Of a stretch of DNA of 64,000 nucleotides, positions 63,790 through 64,000 are shown in pieces (within the stretch, counting starts at the first letter, position 1; the number at the start of each line of letters is the position of its first letter). The translations under genes and the position numbers were made by a program. The DNA is from a virus. The DNA lies in IMG/VR virus record IMGVR_UViG_3300045391_005035. One strand, written 5' to 3'. A model generated the notes under the pieces. The model did no database searches. It was given only the letters and a program-made list of their open reading frames with translations, and was not told the origin of the DNA.

Positions 63790-64000
63790 GTGGCAACGAA
63801 GCACCGCAAGCGGCCCCGCAAGCGCGTCATGCGGCTGTCGACGTCGATCCGTGAAGACGACCCGCTCGACGCTCTGTCGCCACCTGTCCGCCTAGCAGCC
63901 ACGCTGGCAACCAAGTTGAGCACCGCCGAGCTGTTGGACGAAAACGCCGTTGGGCGCGTCGCATGTCTGGCTGCGGCACGGTTCTGCGCTCCACCGTCGA
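63790..64000 (+). CDS. Hypothetical protein (truncated by window edge)
   Basis: GTG after the promoter; MATKHRKRPRKR...; open to the end of the window. Confidence 0.45.
   Translation, partial: MATKHRKRPRKRVMRLSTSIREDDPLDALSPPVRLAATLATKLSTAELLDENAVGRVACLAAARFCAPPS

Overview
The whole window looks like part of one large, GC-rich prokaryotic virus genome. It has no host housekeeping genes, and both ends cut through viral-type genes, so the element is over 64 kb. Layout: (i) 1-9.8 kb holds accessory genes (partial rtcB, DUF6527-like, SLOG/DUF2493, PcfJ-like, MazG-like, DnaJ). (ii) 9.8-36.9 kb is a minus-strand morphogenesis block with three beta-rich, probably single-jelly-roll capsid-like genes, about 18 membrane proteins, protamine/H1-like basic proteins and a transglutaminase-fold Cys-His-Asp enzyme. 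I recognise no terminase, portal or tail genes. (iii) 37.7-64 kb is a plus-strand early/replication arm (DUF932, DUF2786, MoxR-vWA, HicA-like, dual-specificity phosphatase, HTH, SSAP/SSB, SF2 helicase, DEDDh exonuclease, AEP primase). The main unexplained signal is two short peptide motifs that recur across otherwise unrelated morphogenesis proteins. One is [VLMI]-x-x-N in Arg/Lys-rich context, which separates domains in apparent cargo polyproteins, one carrying a HicA-like domain. The other is an M-[STA]-Y...(G)LG leader that matches the adenovirus-protease site (M/L/I)xGx/G. The two motifs mostly lie on opposite sides of the predicted membrane segments. My inference is an unusually large, tailless, membrane-containing virus with a two-signal maturation and cargo-loading system. 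A shared CAACA-N2-CGCAAC operator, leaderless sigma70-type promoters and two structured RNA candidates are also visible. All family calls come from motif recognition by eye; no searches were run.
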